A stretch of 64,000 bases of DNA. Origin: Rhodospirillaceae bacterium (GTDB taxonomy: Bacteria; Pseudomonadota; Alphaproteobacteria; Rhodospirillales; CALINB01). Of the stretch, positions 35,937-47,900 are shown piece by piece (the first letter of the stretch is position 1; each line of letters opens with the position of its first letter). The stretch is taken from positions 43,059 through 107,058 of the forward strand of contig JAYNQW010000006.1 of the NCBI GenBank assembly GCA_038114465.1, in the 5' to 3' direction. The notes beneath the pieces are model-generated. The model was not told the DNA's origin, searched no databases, and saw nothing but the letters and a program-made list of their open reading frames with translations. Made by a program: the position numbers and the translations under genes.

Positions 35937-36938
35937 ATGCTGGATAAACCCGCGCCCACCGAGACACAAGAACCTGCCGATATTCGTTTTGATTGGTCGC
36001 GTGACGAAATCGAAGCCTTGTTCGCTCTACCCTTGAACGATCTTTTGTTCCGCGCGCAAACGATCCATCGCCAATACTGGAAGCCTAATCAGGTTCAGCT
36101 CTCGACATTATTATCGATCAAAACCGGCGGCTGCCCGGAGGACTGCAAGTATTGCGCGCAAAGCAGTCATTACGACACCGGCTTAGGCGCCGATAAGCTG
36201 ATGGATTTGGATGACGTGCGCAAAGCGGCTGAAACGGCGAAGGCGGCGGGCGCGACCCGGTTTTGTATGGGTGCGGCGTGGCGTGAGTTAAAGGACCGCG
36301 ATGTCGATCAAGTCGTCGAATTGGTCGGTGAAGTGCGAGGACTCGGCCTTGAAACCTGCATGACTCTCGGCATGGTCACGGAGGAACAAGCCAAGGCCCT
36401 CAAAGAAGCGGGTCTCGATTATTACAATCATAACGTCGACACCTCGCCCGAGTATTACGACGAGATCATCACCACGCGCTCTTACACCGAACGTCTCGAG
36501 ACTCTCGATGCGGTGCGCGGGGCGGGCATTAAAGTGTGTTCCGGCGGCATCATCGGCATGGGTGAGAAAGAAACCGACCGGGCGGGTATGCTTGAAACCC
36601 TCGCCACGCTAAATCCCCATCCGGAAAGCGTGCCGATCAATATGCTGGTGGTCATTCCGGGCACGCCGTTGGAGCACGTGAAGCCGTTAGAGCCCTTGGA
36701 CTGGGTACGCACAATTGCAGTGGCGCGCATTTTAATGCCGAAATCTTACGTAAGGTTGTCGGCCGGGCGCCAGGAAATGTCCGATGAAACGCAAGCCATG
36801 TGTTTCTTCGCCGGCGCCAATTCGATTTTTTACGGCGAGAAGTTGTTGACCACGGGCAACCCCGACGTGCTCAACGACCAAGTATTGTTCGACAAGCTTG
36901 GCCTCGAAGCCGAACCCGGGCACGCCGCGTCGAACTAA
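35937..36938 (+). CDS. bioB: Biotin synthase (radical SAM)
   Basis: [37 protein letters not shown]. Confidence 0.96.
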   Translation: MLDKPAPTETQEPADIRFDWSRDEIEALFALPLNDLLFRAQTIHRQYWKPNQVQLSTLLSIKTGGCPEDCKYCAQSSHYDTGLGADKLMDLDDVRKAAETAKAAGATRFCMGAAWRELKDRDVDQVVELVGEVRGLGLETCMTLGMVTEEQAKALKEAGLDYYNHNVDTSPEYYDEIITTRSYTERLETLDAVRGAGIKVCSGGIIGMGEKETDRAGMLETLATLNPHPESVPINMLVVIPGTPLEHVKPLEPLDWVRTIAVARILMPKSYVRLSAGRQEMSDETQAMCFFAGANSIFYGEKLLTTGNPDVLNDQVLFDKLGLEAEPGHAASN

Positions 36939-36939
36939 T

Positions 36940-38121
36940 CTACTTCACCATCATCGTTCGCTTAACGGTATAAACTTTTTGACCCGGTTCGTTTTGATCC
37001 GTGCGCTTCAGCTGAATGACGCCCGCATAAGGGCCGGTTGGCCACGTTGGCGTTTTGCGTTTTTTGCCGGAGAAGCGAAAGGCGCGCGCCCGGTTTTTTT
37101 TGAATCTTAATTTGTGTTTGTGAAACGTCTTGCCGTCGGGCCCGATGATGACCATTCGCAGTTCATCGCCTTTGCGGATTTGAAACATGTCGACCCACAG
37201 TACCAAGGCAAAGGCCGTCCGGTTGAGGGTGGTTTTCCGGTAAGCCCCGGCGCGGGCTTTTTTGGAGTTCGGTTTCGCGCCGGCGAATCCGGCGCTATAA
37301 AGCGCGCTTGGCCCATAGGGAAGTTTGGCCAAGACATCCGATTGCCACAGGGGTTCTTTTCCGGGACCGCAGCCTTGCTTGCGGCTCAAGCCGACAAACG
37401 GGTCGATGATGTTTCCGTTCCGGCGAATGGTAATGTGAAGATGCGGATACTCGGTAAACCCCGATAAGCCGATCAGGCCGAGTTTTTGTCCTCGCGAAAC
37501 ACGCGTGCCCTTATTGACCGCGATACTGCCTCGGCGTAGATGGCAGTATTGGCTGGTAAATCCGTTTTCGTGTTTGATGGCGACGCCGTTGCCGCAAAAT
37601 TTTCCTTTGAGCGATTCCGCATCAATTTCTCTTGCGCTGATATCTTTCATGCTATCGCGCACGCCGGTAATGATTCCGGGGGCAGCGGCCAACACATCGA
37701 CGCCGCTCTTCATTGCCGCCAAATCCTGAATGGCAAAGTCGGTACCTTGATGATGCAGCCCGTTTTTGTTCTTTACGTTGTAGGTTGCTGTGCCGCACAT
37801 GTAATCTTTTTTGCCTTCACCCGGATCATGGTCAACGTAATTGGAGACCCAGCATGTTTTGCCGGGCTCGCACGCCACCGGCAGGCTGAGGGATAATAAG
37901 CCCGGCGTGCGTGGTGCGGGAGCGGGCTTCGCAGGCTGTTTCGGCTGTGGCTTTTGTTTTTCGGCTTGTTTTGACGGAACCGGTGGCTGAACGGTTGTGT
38001 GGCGAACGCTTTCACTAGGCGCAAGCACATAATAAACGCCAAGCCCAACAATGACGGTGCCGATGATTGCGAAAATGAGCGTTTTCGTTCGGCTTTTTTT
38101 TGTCGGATCGTCGTCTGCCAT
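36940..38121 (-). CDS. M23 family metallopeptidase with N-terminal membrane anchor
   Basis: HQGTD, CGNGV.I.H, YCHL, HLH; Pro/Lys-rich linker. Confidence 0.88.
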   Translation of the reverse strand: MADDDPTKKSRTKTLIFAIIGTVIVGLGVYYVLAPSESVRHTTVQPPVPSKQAEKQKPQPKQPAKPAPAPRTPGLLSLSLPVACEPGKTCWVSNYVDHDPGEGKKDYMCGTATYNVKNKNGLHHQGTDFAIQDLAAMKSGVDVLAAAPGIITGVRDSMKDISAREIDAESLKGKFCGNGVAIKHENGFTSQYCHLRRGSIAVNKGTRVSRGQKLGLIGLSGFTEYPHLHITIRRNGNIIDPFVGLSRKQGCGPGKEPLWQSDVLAKLPYGPSALYSAGFAGAKPNSKKARAGAYRKTTLNRTAFALVLWVDMFQIRKGDELRMVIIGPDGKTFHKHKLRFKKNRARAFRFSGKKRKTPTWPTGPYAGVIQLKRTDQNEPGQKVYTVKRTMMVK

Positions 38122-38302
38122 CAAAGTTCCCGGCTACCGTTTGCTCACATAGGGGGCATAGGTGGGCTTGCCTTCGGTTTTTTGATAATGTCCCGGAACA
38201 GTGGCGGTTTCCTAACGTTTTTTTCAGGAGTTCCGTGTATTTTCAGCACCCTTGCGCTTGGGTCTTGACCGGCTCCAGGCGCGCTGACATCTTCCAGCCG
38301 CG

Positions 38303-39238
38303 ATGCAGATATACCGAGATTTCAAAGACTTGCCGGCCGGCCTCCGAGGCGCGGCCATCGCCATCGGCAATTTTGACGGCGTCCACAAAGGCCACCAGGC
38401 GGTGATCAATGAAGCCGGGCGTTTGGCGCGTGCCAACGACAGGCCGTGGGCTGTGCTGACGTTCGAGCCCCACCCCCGCCAAGTCTTCCAGCCCGATGCG
38501 GCCCCATTACGCTTAACGCCAGGACCGGCCAAGGAGCGCCTGATCGCTGCTTTGGGCGTTGATCATCTTATCGTGCCGACGTTCGATCTCGATTTTTCCA
38601 AACGCGAGGCGGAAAGTTTCGTGCAGGATATCTTGATCGACGGGTTCGGCGCCCATCACGTGGTTTCCGGCTACGATTTCGCCTTCGGTCAAGGCCGCAA
38701 GGGCAATTGCGAACTGCTGCTGCGCATGGGCCAGGAACTCGGCTTCGGCTTCACCGCCGTGCAGGCGGTGCACGACGAAAACGGCGATGTGTACTCATCG
38801 ACCCGGATTCGCGAAAGTCTGATGAACGGTGATCCGAAAAAGGCCGCGCGGCTCCTTGGCCGGCCGTACGAGATCGAAGGGATTGTCGAACAGGGCGATG
38901 CCCGGGGCCGCACGATCGGCTATCGGACAGCCAATGTCGCCATGGGCGAGTATTTGCGCCCCGCCCAAGGGGTCTACGCGGTCACGATCGGGCTTGAAAA
39001 TGGGGTAGAAACGGCTTGGTACAAGGGTGTTGCCAACCTCGGGTCACGCCCGACGTTTGACGGCAAATCAGTTCTGTTAGAGGTTCATTTATTCGATTTT
39101 GACGGCGATCTTTACGGTCAAACCGTGCGTGTCGCCTTGATTGATTATGTCCGGGCTGAAAAGAAATTTGACGGCATCGATCAATTAAAGGCACAAATCG
39201 CCCAAGACAGCGAAAAAGCCAAAGAAATTTTGCAGTAA
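38303..39238 (+). CDS. ribF: Riboflavin kinase/FAD synthetase
   Basis: [40 protein letters not shown]. Confidence 0.95.
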   Translation: MQIYRDFKDLPAGLRGAAIAIGNFDGVHKGHQAVINEAGRLARANDRPWAVLTFEPHPRQVFQPDAAPLRLTPGPAKERLIAALGVDHLIVPTFDLDFSKREAESFVQDILIDGFGAHHVVSGYDFAFGQGRKGNCELLLRMGQELGFGFTAVQAVHDENGDVYSSTRIRESLMNGDPKKAARLLGRPYEIEGIVEQGDARGRTIGYRTANVAMGEYLRPAQGVYAVTIGLENGVETAWYKGVANLGSRPTFDGKSVLLEVHLFDFDGDLYGQTVRVALIDYVRAEKKFDGIDQLKAQIAQDSEKAKEILQ

Positions 39239-39242
39239 AACC

Positions 39243-42107
39243 ATGACTACAGATTACAAATCCACGATCTTTCTGCCGCAAACCGATTTTCCCATGAAAG
39301 CCGGCTTGCCGAAGCGCGAGCCGGAGTTGCTGGCGCGTTGGGAAAAAGGCGATCTCTACGGCGATTTACGAAAGCAATCGGAGGGCCGCGAAAAGTTTAT
39401 CCTGCACGACGGCCCGCCGTACGCCAATGGCCATCTGCATATCGGTCACGCCTTAAACAAAATCCTCAAGGACGTCATTAACCGCTCGCAACAAATGCTC
39501 GGTAAAGACTCAACCTATGTGCCGGGCTGGGACTGTCACGGTTTGCCGATCGAATGGATGATCGAGGAGAAATACCGCAAGGCCGGTAAAAACAAAGACG
39601 ACGTGCCGGTGAACGAGTTCCGCAAGGAATGCCGCGCGTTCGCCGAAGAATGGATTAACGTGCAGCGCGAGGAGTTCAAGCGCTTGGGCGTGCTCGGCGA
39701 TTGGGACAATCCGTATACGACCATGACCTATCTGGCCGAGGCGCAGATCGTGCGCGAGCTGGGCAAGTTCCTGATGAACGGCTCGCTCTATCGCGGCTCG
39801 AAGCCGGTCATGTGGTCGGTGGTCGAGAAGACCGCGCTCGCCGAAGCCGAGGTCGAATACCACGATCATGAATCTGATCAGGTCTGGGTGAAGTTCCCGG
39901 TCACGACGGGCGATCTTACTGATGCGAGCGTCGTGATTTGGACGACGACGCCGTGGACGCTGCCGGGCAATCGGGCGATTTGTTTCTCCGAGCGCATTTC
40001 CTACGGCGTTTATGAAGTCACCGAAGCGAGTGATGACAATTGGGCGAAGGTTGGTGAGAAAATGATCATCGCCGATGCGCTGGCCGAGCAAGTCAAGGAA
40101 GCAGCCCGCATTGATGAGTGGAATAAAACGGCCGATGTCCCCGCCGAAGCCTTAGCGCGTTTCGTTTGCGCCCATCCGTTGAAATCCATTGGTTACGATT
40201 TCGATGTGCCGTTGTTGCCGGGCGATCATGTTACCGATGATACCGGTACCGGGTTTGTTCACACGGCCCCTGGCCATGGTGTCGATGACTTTGAAGTGTG
40301 GACGGCGAATAAAGCTGCACTCGATTCGCGCGGTATCGATACCGCCATTCCATACACCGTCGACGGCGACGGCTTTTATACCGATCAAGCACCCGGGTTC
40401 GACGGCAAGCGCGTGATTACGGACAAGGGCAAGAAGGGTGATGCCAACGAAGCGGTGATCAGTGCGTTGAAAGAGGCGGACGCGATCATCGCCCGGGCGC
40501 GCCTAAAGCACCAATACCCCCATTCGTGGCGCTCGAAAAAACCGGTGATTTTCAGAAACACGCCGCAATGGTTTATCGCCATGGACAAGGACTTGGGCGA
40601 CGGCACCACGCTACGACAGCGGGCCTTAGGCGAGATCGAAAAAACCCGCTGGGTGCCGGCGCAGGGCCAAAACCGTATCGGCGGCATGATCGAAGACCGC
40701 CCCGATTGGGTGGTCTCGCGTCAGCGCGCCTGGGGTGTGCCGATCGCGGTCTTTGTTGAGAAAAAAACCGGCGAACCGTTGCGCGATCAGGCCGTGGTGG
40801 ATCGCATCGCCCAGGCGTTCGAAAAAGAAGGCGCGGATATTTGGTTTTCAGCCGAGCCGTCGCGTTTCCTGGGCAATGATTACAACCCGGACGATTACGA
40901 GCAGGTCACGGATATCCTGGATGTGTGGTTCGACTCCGGATCGACCCATAGTTTTGTCTTAGAACAACGTCCCGAATTAACCTGGCCGGCGAATTTGTAT
41001 CTCGAAGGCTCCGATCAGCATCGCGGTTGGTTTCATTCTTCGTTGTTGGAATCGTGTGGTACCCGTGGCCGAGCTCCTTATGATGCGGTGCTGACGCATG
41101 GCTTTGTCATGGCCGAAGACGGCCAAAAAATGTCGAAGTCCTTGGGCAACGTGACGGCACCCCAGGACGTGATCAAGCAAAGTGGTGCCGATATCCTGCG
41201 CCTCTGGGTCGTCGGGTCGGATTATTCCGAGGATCTGCGCATCGGTTCTGAAATCCTAAAACAACACGCAGACGTTTACCGCCGCCTGCGCAATACGATG
41301 AGATATTTGCTCGGGAACTTGAATAACTTTCAGGACTCCGAACGGCTCGATCCCGCCGAGATGCCGGAATTGGAGCGCTGGGTGTTACACCGCCTCACCG
41401 AGCTTGACAGCATGTTGAAAAAAACGTGCGAGGATTACAATTTCCACGCGTTCTTTTCCGAACTGCATAACTTCTGTGCCATCGATCTTTCCGCCTTTTA
41501 CTTCGATATTCGAAAAGATTGTTTGTATTGCGACCCGGCCGCATCGATTAACCGCCGCGCCGCGCGTACGGTACTCGATATCCTGTTCGATACCCTGACC
41601 GCTTGGCTTGCACCGTTTATTTGCTTTACCGCTGAGGAGGCTTGGCAGGCCCGGCATGGTGAAGATGCGCCGAGTGTGCACGCCCGTACATTTCCCGATG
41701 TGCCGGGAACATGGACAAACAGCACGCTCGCGGCGAAATGGAAAAAAATCATGGCTGTGCGCCGTGTTGTGACCAAAGCCTTGGAAACCGAACGAGCAGC
41801 GAAAAATATCGGTTCAAGCCTCGAAGCGCATCCGAGCATTTATATCAGTGCCGAATATGAAAAAATCCTTGAGGGGATTGACTTCGCTGATGTGTGCATT
41901 ACTTCAAGTATCACTGCCATTACCGGCGATGTGCCGGCGGACGCCGTAACCTTGGAAGATGTTCCAGGTGTCGGGGTTGTTTTTGCGAAAGCCGCCGGTG
42001 AAAAATGCGAACGGTGCTGGAAGGTGCTTGGAGAAGTCGGTCAGGATGCCGAACATAAAACCGTTTGTTTGCGTTGCGCCGATGCCGTTCGCCAAGCGCC
42101 GGCTTAG
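39243..42107 (+). CDS. ileS: Isoleucine--tRNA ligase
   Basis: [34 protein letters not shown]-terminal CxxC...CxxC. Confidence 0.97.
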   Translation: MTTDYKSTIFLPQTDFPMKAGLPKREPELLARWEKGDLYGDLRKQSEGREKFILHDGPPYANGHLHIGHALNKILKDVINRSQQMLGKDSTYVPGWDCHGLPIEWMIEEKYRKAGKNKDDVPVNEFRKECRAFAEEWINVQREEFKRLGVLGDWDNPYTTMTYLAEAQIVRELGKFLMNGSLYRGSKPVMWSVVEKTALAEAEVEYHDHESDQVWVKFPVTTGDLTDASVVIWTTTPWTLPGNRAICFSERISYGVYEVTEASDDNWAKVGEKMIIADALAEQVKEAARIDEWNKTADVPAEALARFVCAHPLKSIGYDFDVPLLPGDHVTDDTGTGFVHTAPGHGVDDFEVWTANKAALDSRGIDTAIPYTVDGDGFYTDQAPGFDGKRVITDKGKKGDANEAVISALKEADAIIARARLKHQYPHSWRSKKPVIFRNTPQWFIAMDKDLGDGTTLRQRALGEIEKTRWVPAQGQNRIGGMIEDRPDWVVSRQRAWGVPIAVFVEKKTGEPLRDQAVVDRIAQAFEKEGADIWFSAEPSRFLGNDYNPDDYEQVTDILDVWFDSGSTHSFVLEQRPELTWPANLYLEGSDQHRGWFHSSLLESCGTRGRAPYDAVLTHGFVMAEDGQKMSKSLGNVTAPQDVIKQSGADILRLWVVGSDYSEDLRIGSEILKQHADVYRRLRNTMRYLLGNLNNFQDSERLDPAEMPELERWVLHRLTELDSMLKKTCEDYNFHAFFSELHNFCAIDLSAFYFDIRKDCLYCDPAASINRRAARTVLDILFDTLTAWLAPFICFTAEEAWQARHGEDAPSVHARTFPDVPGTWTNSTLAAKWKKIMAVRRVVTKALETERAAKNIGSSLEAHPSIYISAEYEKILEGIDFADVCITSSITAITGDVPADAVTLEDVPGVGVVFAKAAGEKCERCWKVLGEVGQDAEHKTVCLRCADAVRQAPA

Positions 42108-42121
42108 ATAATAGGAAGCCG

Positions 42122-42646
42122 ATGAACGGTTCATCTACAACGATAAAAATATCACTGCCTCACCGCACGTTTTATTGGGGGTTGGGGCTGGCTTCGTTAG
42201 TGTTGATTCTGGATCAACTCAGCAAATGGTGGATTGTCAGCGTTGTCATGCAGCCACCGAAAATTATTCCCCTGACGTCCTTTTTCAATCTGGTCTTAGG
42301 CTGGAATCGGGGTATTAGTTTCGGATTGTTTCACGGTGATTCCGCATTCAATGCCTGGGGGCTGCCCGCCATCGCACTCGTCATCACGGCGTTTTTACTG
42401 GTTTGGCTATGGCGCTCTTCCGGTATGATGATATCGATTGCCATCGGCTCAATTATCGGCGGGGCACTCGGTAATGTCGTCGACCGGTTAAGATTCGGCG
42501 CGGTTGCAGATTTCCTTGATTTTCATGTTTTTGGTTATCATTGGCCGGCCTTTAACCTCGCGGATATGGGCATAACCCTAGGTGCTGTGCTATTAATTTA
42601 TGACTCCTTGTTTGGCGGGGAAGAAATAAATAATAATAAAGGGTAA
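42122..42646 (+). CDS. lspA: Lipoprotein signal peptidase II
   Basis: DQLSK, NRGISFG, GALGNVVDR, VADF, FNLAD. Confidence 0.95.
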   Translation: MNGSSTTIKISLPHRTFYWGLGLASLVLILDQLSKWWIVSVVMQPPKIIPLTSFFNLVLGWNRGISFGLFHGDSAFNAWGLPAIALVITAFLLVWLWRSSGMMISIAIGSIIGGALGNVVDRLRFGAVADFLDFHVFGYHWPAFNLADMGITLGAVLLIYDSLFGGEEINNNKG

Positions 42647-42679
42647 TGGCCCCCAGAACCGAATGAGAAGAGCAGCGAT

Positions 42680-43294
42680 ATGAAAAGTAAAATTTCGATC
42701 ATTGCCGTCTTGGCGTTAGCCCCTGTTTTATTAACAGGCTGCGATAGCGTGAGTACGTTGATGGGTGGAAAGTCATCGCCGGATGAGTTTTCGGTTTATT
42801 CGCGTGCGCCGTTAAGCATTCCGCCTGAATTTAAATTACGGCCGCCGTCTCCGGGCGCGGCACGCCCTCAAGAAGTTGAGCCACGTGAGCAGGCTGAGAA
42901 AATCATTTGGGGAAAAGACCAGCAAGCATCTGCAGGTAATTTTCTTTCGCGTTCCGGCAATCAGCGGGGCGGATACGTACAACGCAGCACGCAGCCTCTG
43001 AGTCCCGGCGAAAAGGCGCTTGTCGTACAGAGTGGTGCCGATAAAGCGGATCCCGAAATCCGCGCGATCGTAAACAGGGAATCAGTCGTACCGATTGCAG
43101 GCAGCAAGACGATTGCCAATAAAGTGCTGTTTTGGCGTGATGCGAAAAAAGAAGTCAGCATCATCGATCCGGGCAAAGAAAATAAACGGATTCGTGATAA
43201 GCAGGCCGCCGGCAAGCCGATTACGAGCGAAGGCGTGCCGGTCATCGATCAGGAAATCGACCGCGGTTTCTTGGATAAGCTGCTGTTCAATTAA
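42680..43294 (+). CDS. DUF3035 family lipoprotein
   Basis: Lipobox LTGC, PDEF.V..RAPL.IPPEF.LRPP.PG; usual position after lspA. Confidence 0.85.
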   Translation: MKSKISIIAVLALAPVLLTGCDSVSTLMGGKSSPDEFSVYSRAPLSIPPEFKLRPPSPGAARPQEVEPREQAEKIIWGKDQQASAGNFLSRSGNQRGGYVQRSTQPLSPGEKALVVQSGADKADPEIRAIVNRESVVPIAGSKTIANKVLFWRDAKKEVSIIDPGKENKRIRDKQAAGKPITSEGVPVIDQEIDRGFLDKLLFN

Positions 43295-43438
43295 TCCCGG
43301 CGTTTAATTTCAGTCCGGCGTCAAATTAATTATTTGTCATAAATTCAGCTTCAAAAATCGTTTACACCGGCCTTGGCGGGCTGTTTAACGAGATACGCGT
43401 GCCTAGATGTTCCTGTATAGTAAAAGAGAGGCTAGGCA

Positions 43439-44833
43439 ATGAACGGCATTGGTTTTCGGCAAATGACGCGTTTTCGAATTTCGTTTTTATTAGTTTTATT
43501 TTTGGCTGCTGGATTTTCGGCGACAAGTTTTGCCGGCGTTTTTAATCCGCAAACATTCACGTTGAAAAACGGCATGCAGGTCGTCGTGGTGCCGAACCAC
43601 CGTGCGCCGGTGGTGTCGCATATGATTTGGTATAAAGTTGGTTCTGCCGATGAATGGCCGGGAAAATCAGGTGTCGCTCATTTTTTTGAGCACCTCATGT
43701 TCAAGGGAACAAAAAAATTCCCGGGTGCGACGTTTTCCCAACAAGTCGCCCGCAATGGCGGACGGGAAAATGCTTTTACGTCTTATGACTACACGGCTTA
43801 TTTTCAAAGTATCGCCGTTGACCGGTTGCCGATGGTCATGGAAATGGAGGCGGACCGGATGCGTGGCCTTACCTTAAGCGATGCAGATATTGAACCGGAA
43901 CGGCTTGTTGTGCTGGAAGAACGGCGTGAGCGGACGGATAACAACCCGGCCGCCTTGTTGAGTGAGCATGTCAATGCGGCGTTGTATTTAAACCATCCCT
44001 ACCGCCGCCCGATTATCGGTTGGCCGCAGGAAATAAAAGCGTTGAGCCGAGACGATTTGCTCAAGTTTTACCGGCACTGGTATACGCCCAATAATGCTGT
44101 GTTGATTGTTGCCGGCGATATCACTGCCGAAAAATTACGGCCCTTAGCCGAAAAATATTATGGTGTGATTCCGCGCGGTCCGGATATTCAGCGTGCGCGT
44201 CCGCAGGAGCCGCATCACGTCGCGCCCCGGGAAGTGACGTTACGGGATAAGCGCGTCCGCCAGCCGTCCTGGAGCCGGGTATTTTTGGCGCCGAGTTATT
44301 CGGCCGGCGACAGCAAGCATGCTTATGCTTTACAGGTGCTCGCCGAAGTTTTGGGCGGCGGGGCAACGAGTCCGCTTTACCGCTCGGTCGTTGTCGACAA
44401 GAAGCTCGCCGTTGCCGCCGGGGCCGGTTATGACCCGGATAATCTCGGGCCGTCCGAATTTCGATTTTACGCTTCTCCGCGCTCCGGCATCACCATGGAA
44501 ACGTTGGCAAAGGCCATGGAAGCCGAAATTAAACGGATCATCGAAAACGGCGTGACGACAGAAGCGGTGGAACGCGCGAAAAAGAGAATGCAGGATACCG
44601 CGATTTATGCCCGCGATTCGCTGCGCACGGGTGCCTATGTCATCGGCGGTGCCTTAACAACAGGCCGCACAATCGAAGACGTCGAATCATGGCCCGAACG
44701 GATTGCCGCCGTCACCCATGAGCAGGTCCAACAGGCTGCAAAAGCCGTCTTAAAACATCATCAGTCCGTTACGGCATTTTTGCTACCGTTGCGTAAGGCA
44801 AAACCGAAAATCAAACCGAAAGCCAAGCCATGA
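43439..44833 (+). CDS. M16 (pitrilysin-like) zinc peptidase, catalytic subunit
   Basis: HFFEH (HxxEH), NAFTS.D.T.Y, EER, HPY..PIIGW. Start could be 43463. Confidence 0.92.
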   Translation: MNGIGFRQMTRFRISFLLVLFLAAGFSATSFAGVFNPQTFTLKNGMQVVVVPNHRAPVVSHMIWYKVGSADEWPGKSGVAHFFEHLMFKGTKKFPGATFSQQVARNGGRENAFTSYDYTAYFQSIAVDRLPMVMEMEADRMRGLTLSDADIEPERLVVLEERRERTDNNPAALLSEHVNAALYLNHPYRRPIIGWPQEIKALSRDDLLKFYRHWYTPNNAVLIVAGDITAEKLRPLAEKYYGVIPRGPDIQRARPQEPHHVAPREVTLRDKRVRQPSWSRVFLAPSYSAGDSKHAYALQVLAEVLGGGATSPLYRSVVVDKKLAVAAGAGYDPDNLGPSEFRFYASPRSGITMETLAKAMEAEIKRIIENGVTTEAVERAKKRMQDTAIYARDSLRTGAYVIGGALTTGRTIEDVESWPERIAAVTHEQVQQAAKAVLKHHQSVTAFLLPLRKAKPKIKPKAKP

Positions 44834-46167
44834 AACATTTAAAATGGAAAATGATTTGGCTTGTCCTGCCATTGGCATTGATCGCTTCGCTGTTTGCAAG
44901 TCAGGTGCAGGCCAAAAAAGTACAGCGGGTCATCAGCCCGCAGGGTATCGAGGCTTGGCTGGTTGAAGACCACTCCAATCCGATTTTGTCAGTACGGTTT
45001 GCATTTCGTGGCGGTGCCGCGCTCGACCCGGCGGGCAAGGAAGGGTTGGCTAATATGGTTTCCGGCTTGCTGGACGAAGGGGCGGGCGATCTCGATAGCC
45101 AAGCTTTTCAGCGAAAGTTGGAAGATCTTTCCGTCCGGTTGCGTTTCAGCGCGGGGCGGGATTCTTTTTCCGGCCGTCTCAAAACCCTGAGCAAGCGCCG
45201 CGATAAAGCGTTTGATTTGTTGCGCGTAGCGTTGACGTCGCCGCGATTTGACGATGAACCGGTTGAACGGATCCGCAGTCAAATTATCGCCGGTTTGAAA
45301 CAAGAGCTGGAGGATCCCGATACGATTGCAAGCCGGGCTTTAATGCGCCGGTTATTTCCAAGCCATCCGTATGGGCGGGTCGTTCGTGGTTCGATCAAAA
45401 GTGTTCAATCCTTGACCCAAAATGATTTACGGGCCTTTGTGAAACAGCGGTTGGCTCGCTCAAACCTGATCATCGGTGTCGTTGGTGACATCCGTGCCGA
45501 TGAACTCGGCAAATTAATTGATAAGGCCTTTGCCGGCCTTCCCAAGGCAGCATCAACTGCCGCCGTCAAAGATGTTGTTCCCTTCACAGATGGCAAGGTG
45601 ACGGTTATCAAAAAACAATTTCCGCAAAGCTCTATCGCTTTTGCACAACGCGGCTTAATGAGAAACGACCCCGATTTTTATACATTATACGTGTTGAATT
45701 ATATTTTAGGCCGTGGCGGGTTTACCTCGCGCCTGTATCTCGAAGTGCGCGAGAAACGCGGTCTTGCGTATAGCGTCTCGACCGGATTATATCCGTTGGA
45801 TCATACGGCGTTGATTTGGGGGTCTTCGGGCACGGCGAATAAAAGGGCGGCGGAAACATTAAAAGTCGTTCGTGCCGAGTGGGCCCGGCTGGCGCAAAAA
45901 GGGGTTACGCCGAAAGAGCTTCAAGATGCAAAAACCTATCTGACGGGTTCGTTCCCGTTGCGCTTCACGTCGTCCGGGCGAATCGCATCCATTCTGCTCA
46001 GCATGCAATTCAATAATCTCGGCCTTGATTATCTGGACAAGCGGAACGGATTGATCGAGAAGGTTACGCTTAAAGAAGTTAACGCGCTGGCGCGCCGGCT
46101 GCTGGATCCCAAGAAATTAAGCATTGTCGTCGTCGGTGATCCCAAGGGCGTCAAAAACGGGCTTTAG
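44830..46167 (+). CDS. M16 peptidase, non-catalytic partner subunit
   Basis: Lacks HxxEH; SRL..EVREKRGLAY motif; translationally coupled to the upstream gene. Confidence 0.9.
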   Translation: MKHLKWKMIWLVLPLALIASLFASQVQAKKVQRVISPQGIEAWLVEDHSNPILSVRFAFRGGAALDPAGKEGLANMVSGLLDEGAGDLDSQAFQRKLEDLSVRLRFSAGRDSFSGRLKTLSKRRDKAFDLLRVALTSPRFDDEPVERIRSQIIAGLKQELEDPDTIASRALMRRLFPSHPYGRVVRGSIKSVQSLTQNDLRAFVKQRLARSNLIIGVVGDIRADELGKLIDKAFAGLPKAASTAAVKDVVPFTDGKVTVIKKQFPQSSIAFAQRGLMRNDPDFYTLYVLNYILGRGGFTSRLYLEVREKRGLAYSVSTGLYPLDHTALIWGSSGTANKRAAETLKVVRAEWARLAQKGVTPKELQDAKTYLTGSFPLRFTSSGRIASILLSMQFNNLGLDYLDKRNGLIEKVTLKEVNALARRLLDPKKLSIVVVGDPKGVKNGL

Positions 46168-46256
46168 CATTTTAAATTGCCTGTCTCGCAGACTGGCTGC
46201 ACTGTTCCGAGTCTGATAGTCTCTCCCGAACGCAAAAACGCATAAAGAGACGATTG

Positions 46257-47897
46257 GTGGCATTCGTGCAAAACTCGCCCATCTGGCAAGCCCTTCAAGA
46301 ACACGCCGATACAATCAGCAAAATTCACCTGCGCGACATGTTTCAGGCCGACGCCAACCGTTTTGAACGGTTTCATCATGTTTTTGGCGATATGGTTGTC
46401 GATTTTTCCAAGAACCGCATGACGGATGAAACGTTGGCATTATTGACCGATCTGGCGCGTGATACGGGTCTGGAAGACATGCGCGTGGCGATGTTCGCCG
46501 GTGAGAAAATCAATACCACAGAAAACCGTGCGGTACTGCATGTGGCCTTGCGCAATCGCGCGAATAAATCCATCACGGTCGATGGCGAAGATGTCATGCC
46601 GGCGGTTAATGCGGTACTGGCAAAAATGAGAACGTATGCCGAAGCGGTCCGGTCCGGACGTCAAACCGGATTGAAGGGAGACCGCTTTACCGATGTGGTG
46701 AACATCGGCATTGGCGGGTCCGACCTCGGCCCCGTTATGGTGTGCGAAGCGTTAACGCCGTACCGGCGTGACGACTTAAACGTTCATTTCGTTTCCAATG
46801 TGGACGCGAGCCAGATTACCGAAACGCTGAAAGACCTTAATCCGGCGGCAACACTTTTTATCGTTGCCTCAAAAACATTTACGACCCAGGAAACTTTAAC
46901 AAACGCGCAAACGGCTCGGGCCTGGCTCATCGAATCGCTTGGTGAAGGCGCGGTCGGCAAACATTTTGCCGCTATTTCGACCAATGCCGAAGCCGTAAGC
47001 GCTTTCGGCATCGATACCGAAAACATGTTTGAGTTTTGGGACTGGGTCGGCGGACGTTTTTCGTTGTGGTCGGCGATCGGTCTCCCCATCGCGCTTGCTA
47101 TCGGTATGGATCGGTTCGAAGAGATGCTCGAAGGTGCGCACGCGATGGACGAGCATTTTGAAAATACACCGCTTGAAAAAAACATCCCCGTTATTTTGGC
47201 CCTTATCGGTATTTGGAATGCTAATTATCTAGATGCCGCGGCCCATGCGGTATTGCCTTACGATCAATATCTGCACCGGTTCCCGGCGTACCTTCAGCAA
47301 GCGGAAATGGAAAGCAACGGAAAATCGGTGAGCCGCGAGGGTGCCGTGTTGGGCCTGAAAACCTCGCCCGTGGTGTTTGGCGAATCCGGCACCAACGGCC
47401 AGCACGCCTTTTATCAGTTGCTGCATCAGGGCTCGCGTTTGGTCAGTGCGGATTTTATCGCGCCAGCCCTCAGCCATAACCCGATGGGTGATCATCATTC
47501 GATCTTGTTGTCGAACTTCCTGGCCCAGCCCGAAGCCTTGATGAAAGGGCGAACGGATGAAGAGGCGCGCGAAGCGTTGCGGGATGCCGGGCTATCAGGC
47601 GATTCGCTTGAAACGCTGCTGCCCCATACGGTGTTTGCGGGTAACCGGCCGACCACGTCGATCCTGGTAAAACGCATCGATCCGCGCACTTTAGGGATGT
47701 TGATCGCCCTTTACGAGCATAAGGTTTTCACTCAAGGGGTCATCTGGGGTATCAATTCATTTGATCAGTGGGGGGTCGAGCTCGGCAAGAAACTCGCACA
47801 AAACATATTGCCCGAACTTAAAGACGATGCCGGATCCGGCGAGCACGACGCCTCGACTGCGGGGCTGATCAAGCACATCAAACGGCTACAACAATAA
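46257..47897 (+). CDS. pgi: Glucose-6-phosphate isomerase
   Basis: [44 protein letters not shown]. Start could be 46254 or 46257. Confidence 0.96.
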   Translation: MAFVQNSPIWQALQEHADTISKIHLRDMFQADANRFERFHHVFGDMVVDFSKNRMTDETLALLTDLARDTGLEDMRVAMFAGEKINTTENRAVLHVALRNRANKSITVDGEDVMPAVNAVLAKMRTYAEAVRSGRQTGLKGDRFTDVVNIGIGGSDLGPVMVCEALTPYRRDDLNVHFVSNVDASQITETLKDLNPAATLFIVASKTFTTQETLTNAQTARAWLIESLGEGAVGKHFAAISTNAEAVSAFGIDTENMFEFWDWVGGRFSLWSAIGLPIALAIGMDRFEEMLEGAHAMDEHFENTPLEKNIPVILALIGIWNANYLDAAAHAVLPYDQYLHRFPAYLQQAEMESNGKSVSREGAVLGLKTSPVVFGESGTNGQHAFYQLLHQGSRLVSADFIAPALSHNPMGDHHSILLSNFLAQPEALMKGRTDEEAREALRDAGLSGDSLETLLPHTVFAGNRPTTSILVKRIDPRTLGMLIALYEHKVFTQGVIWGINSFDQWGVELGKKLAQNILPELKDDAGSGEHDASTAGLIKHIKRLQQ

Positions 47898-47900
47898 ACC

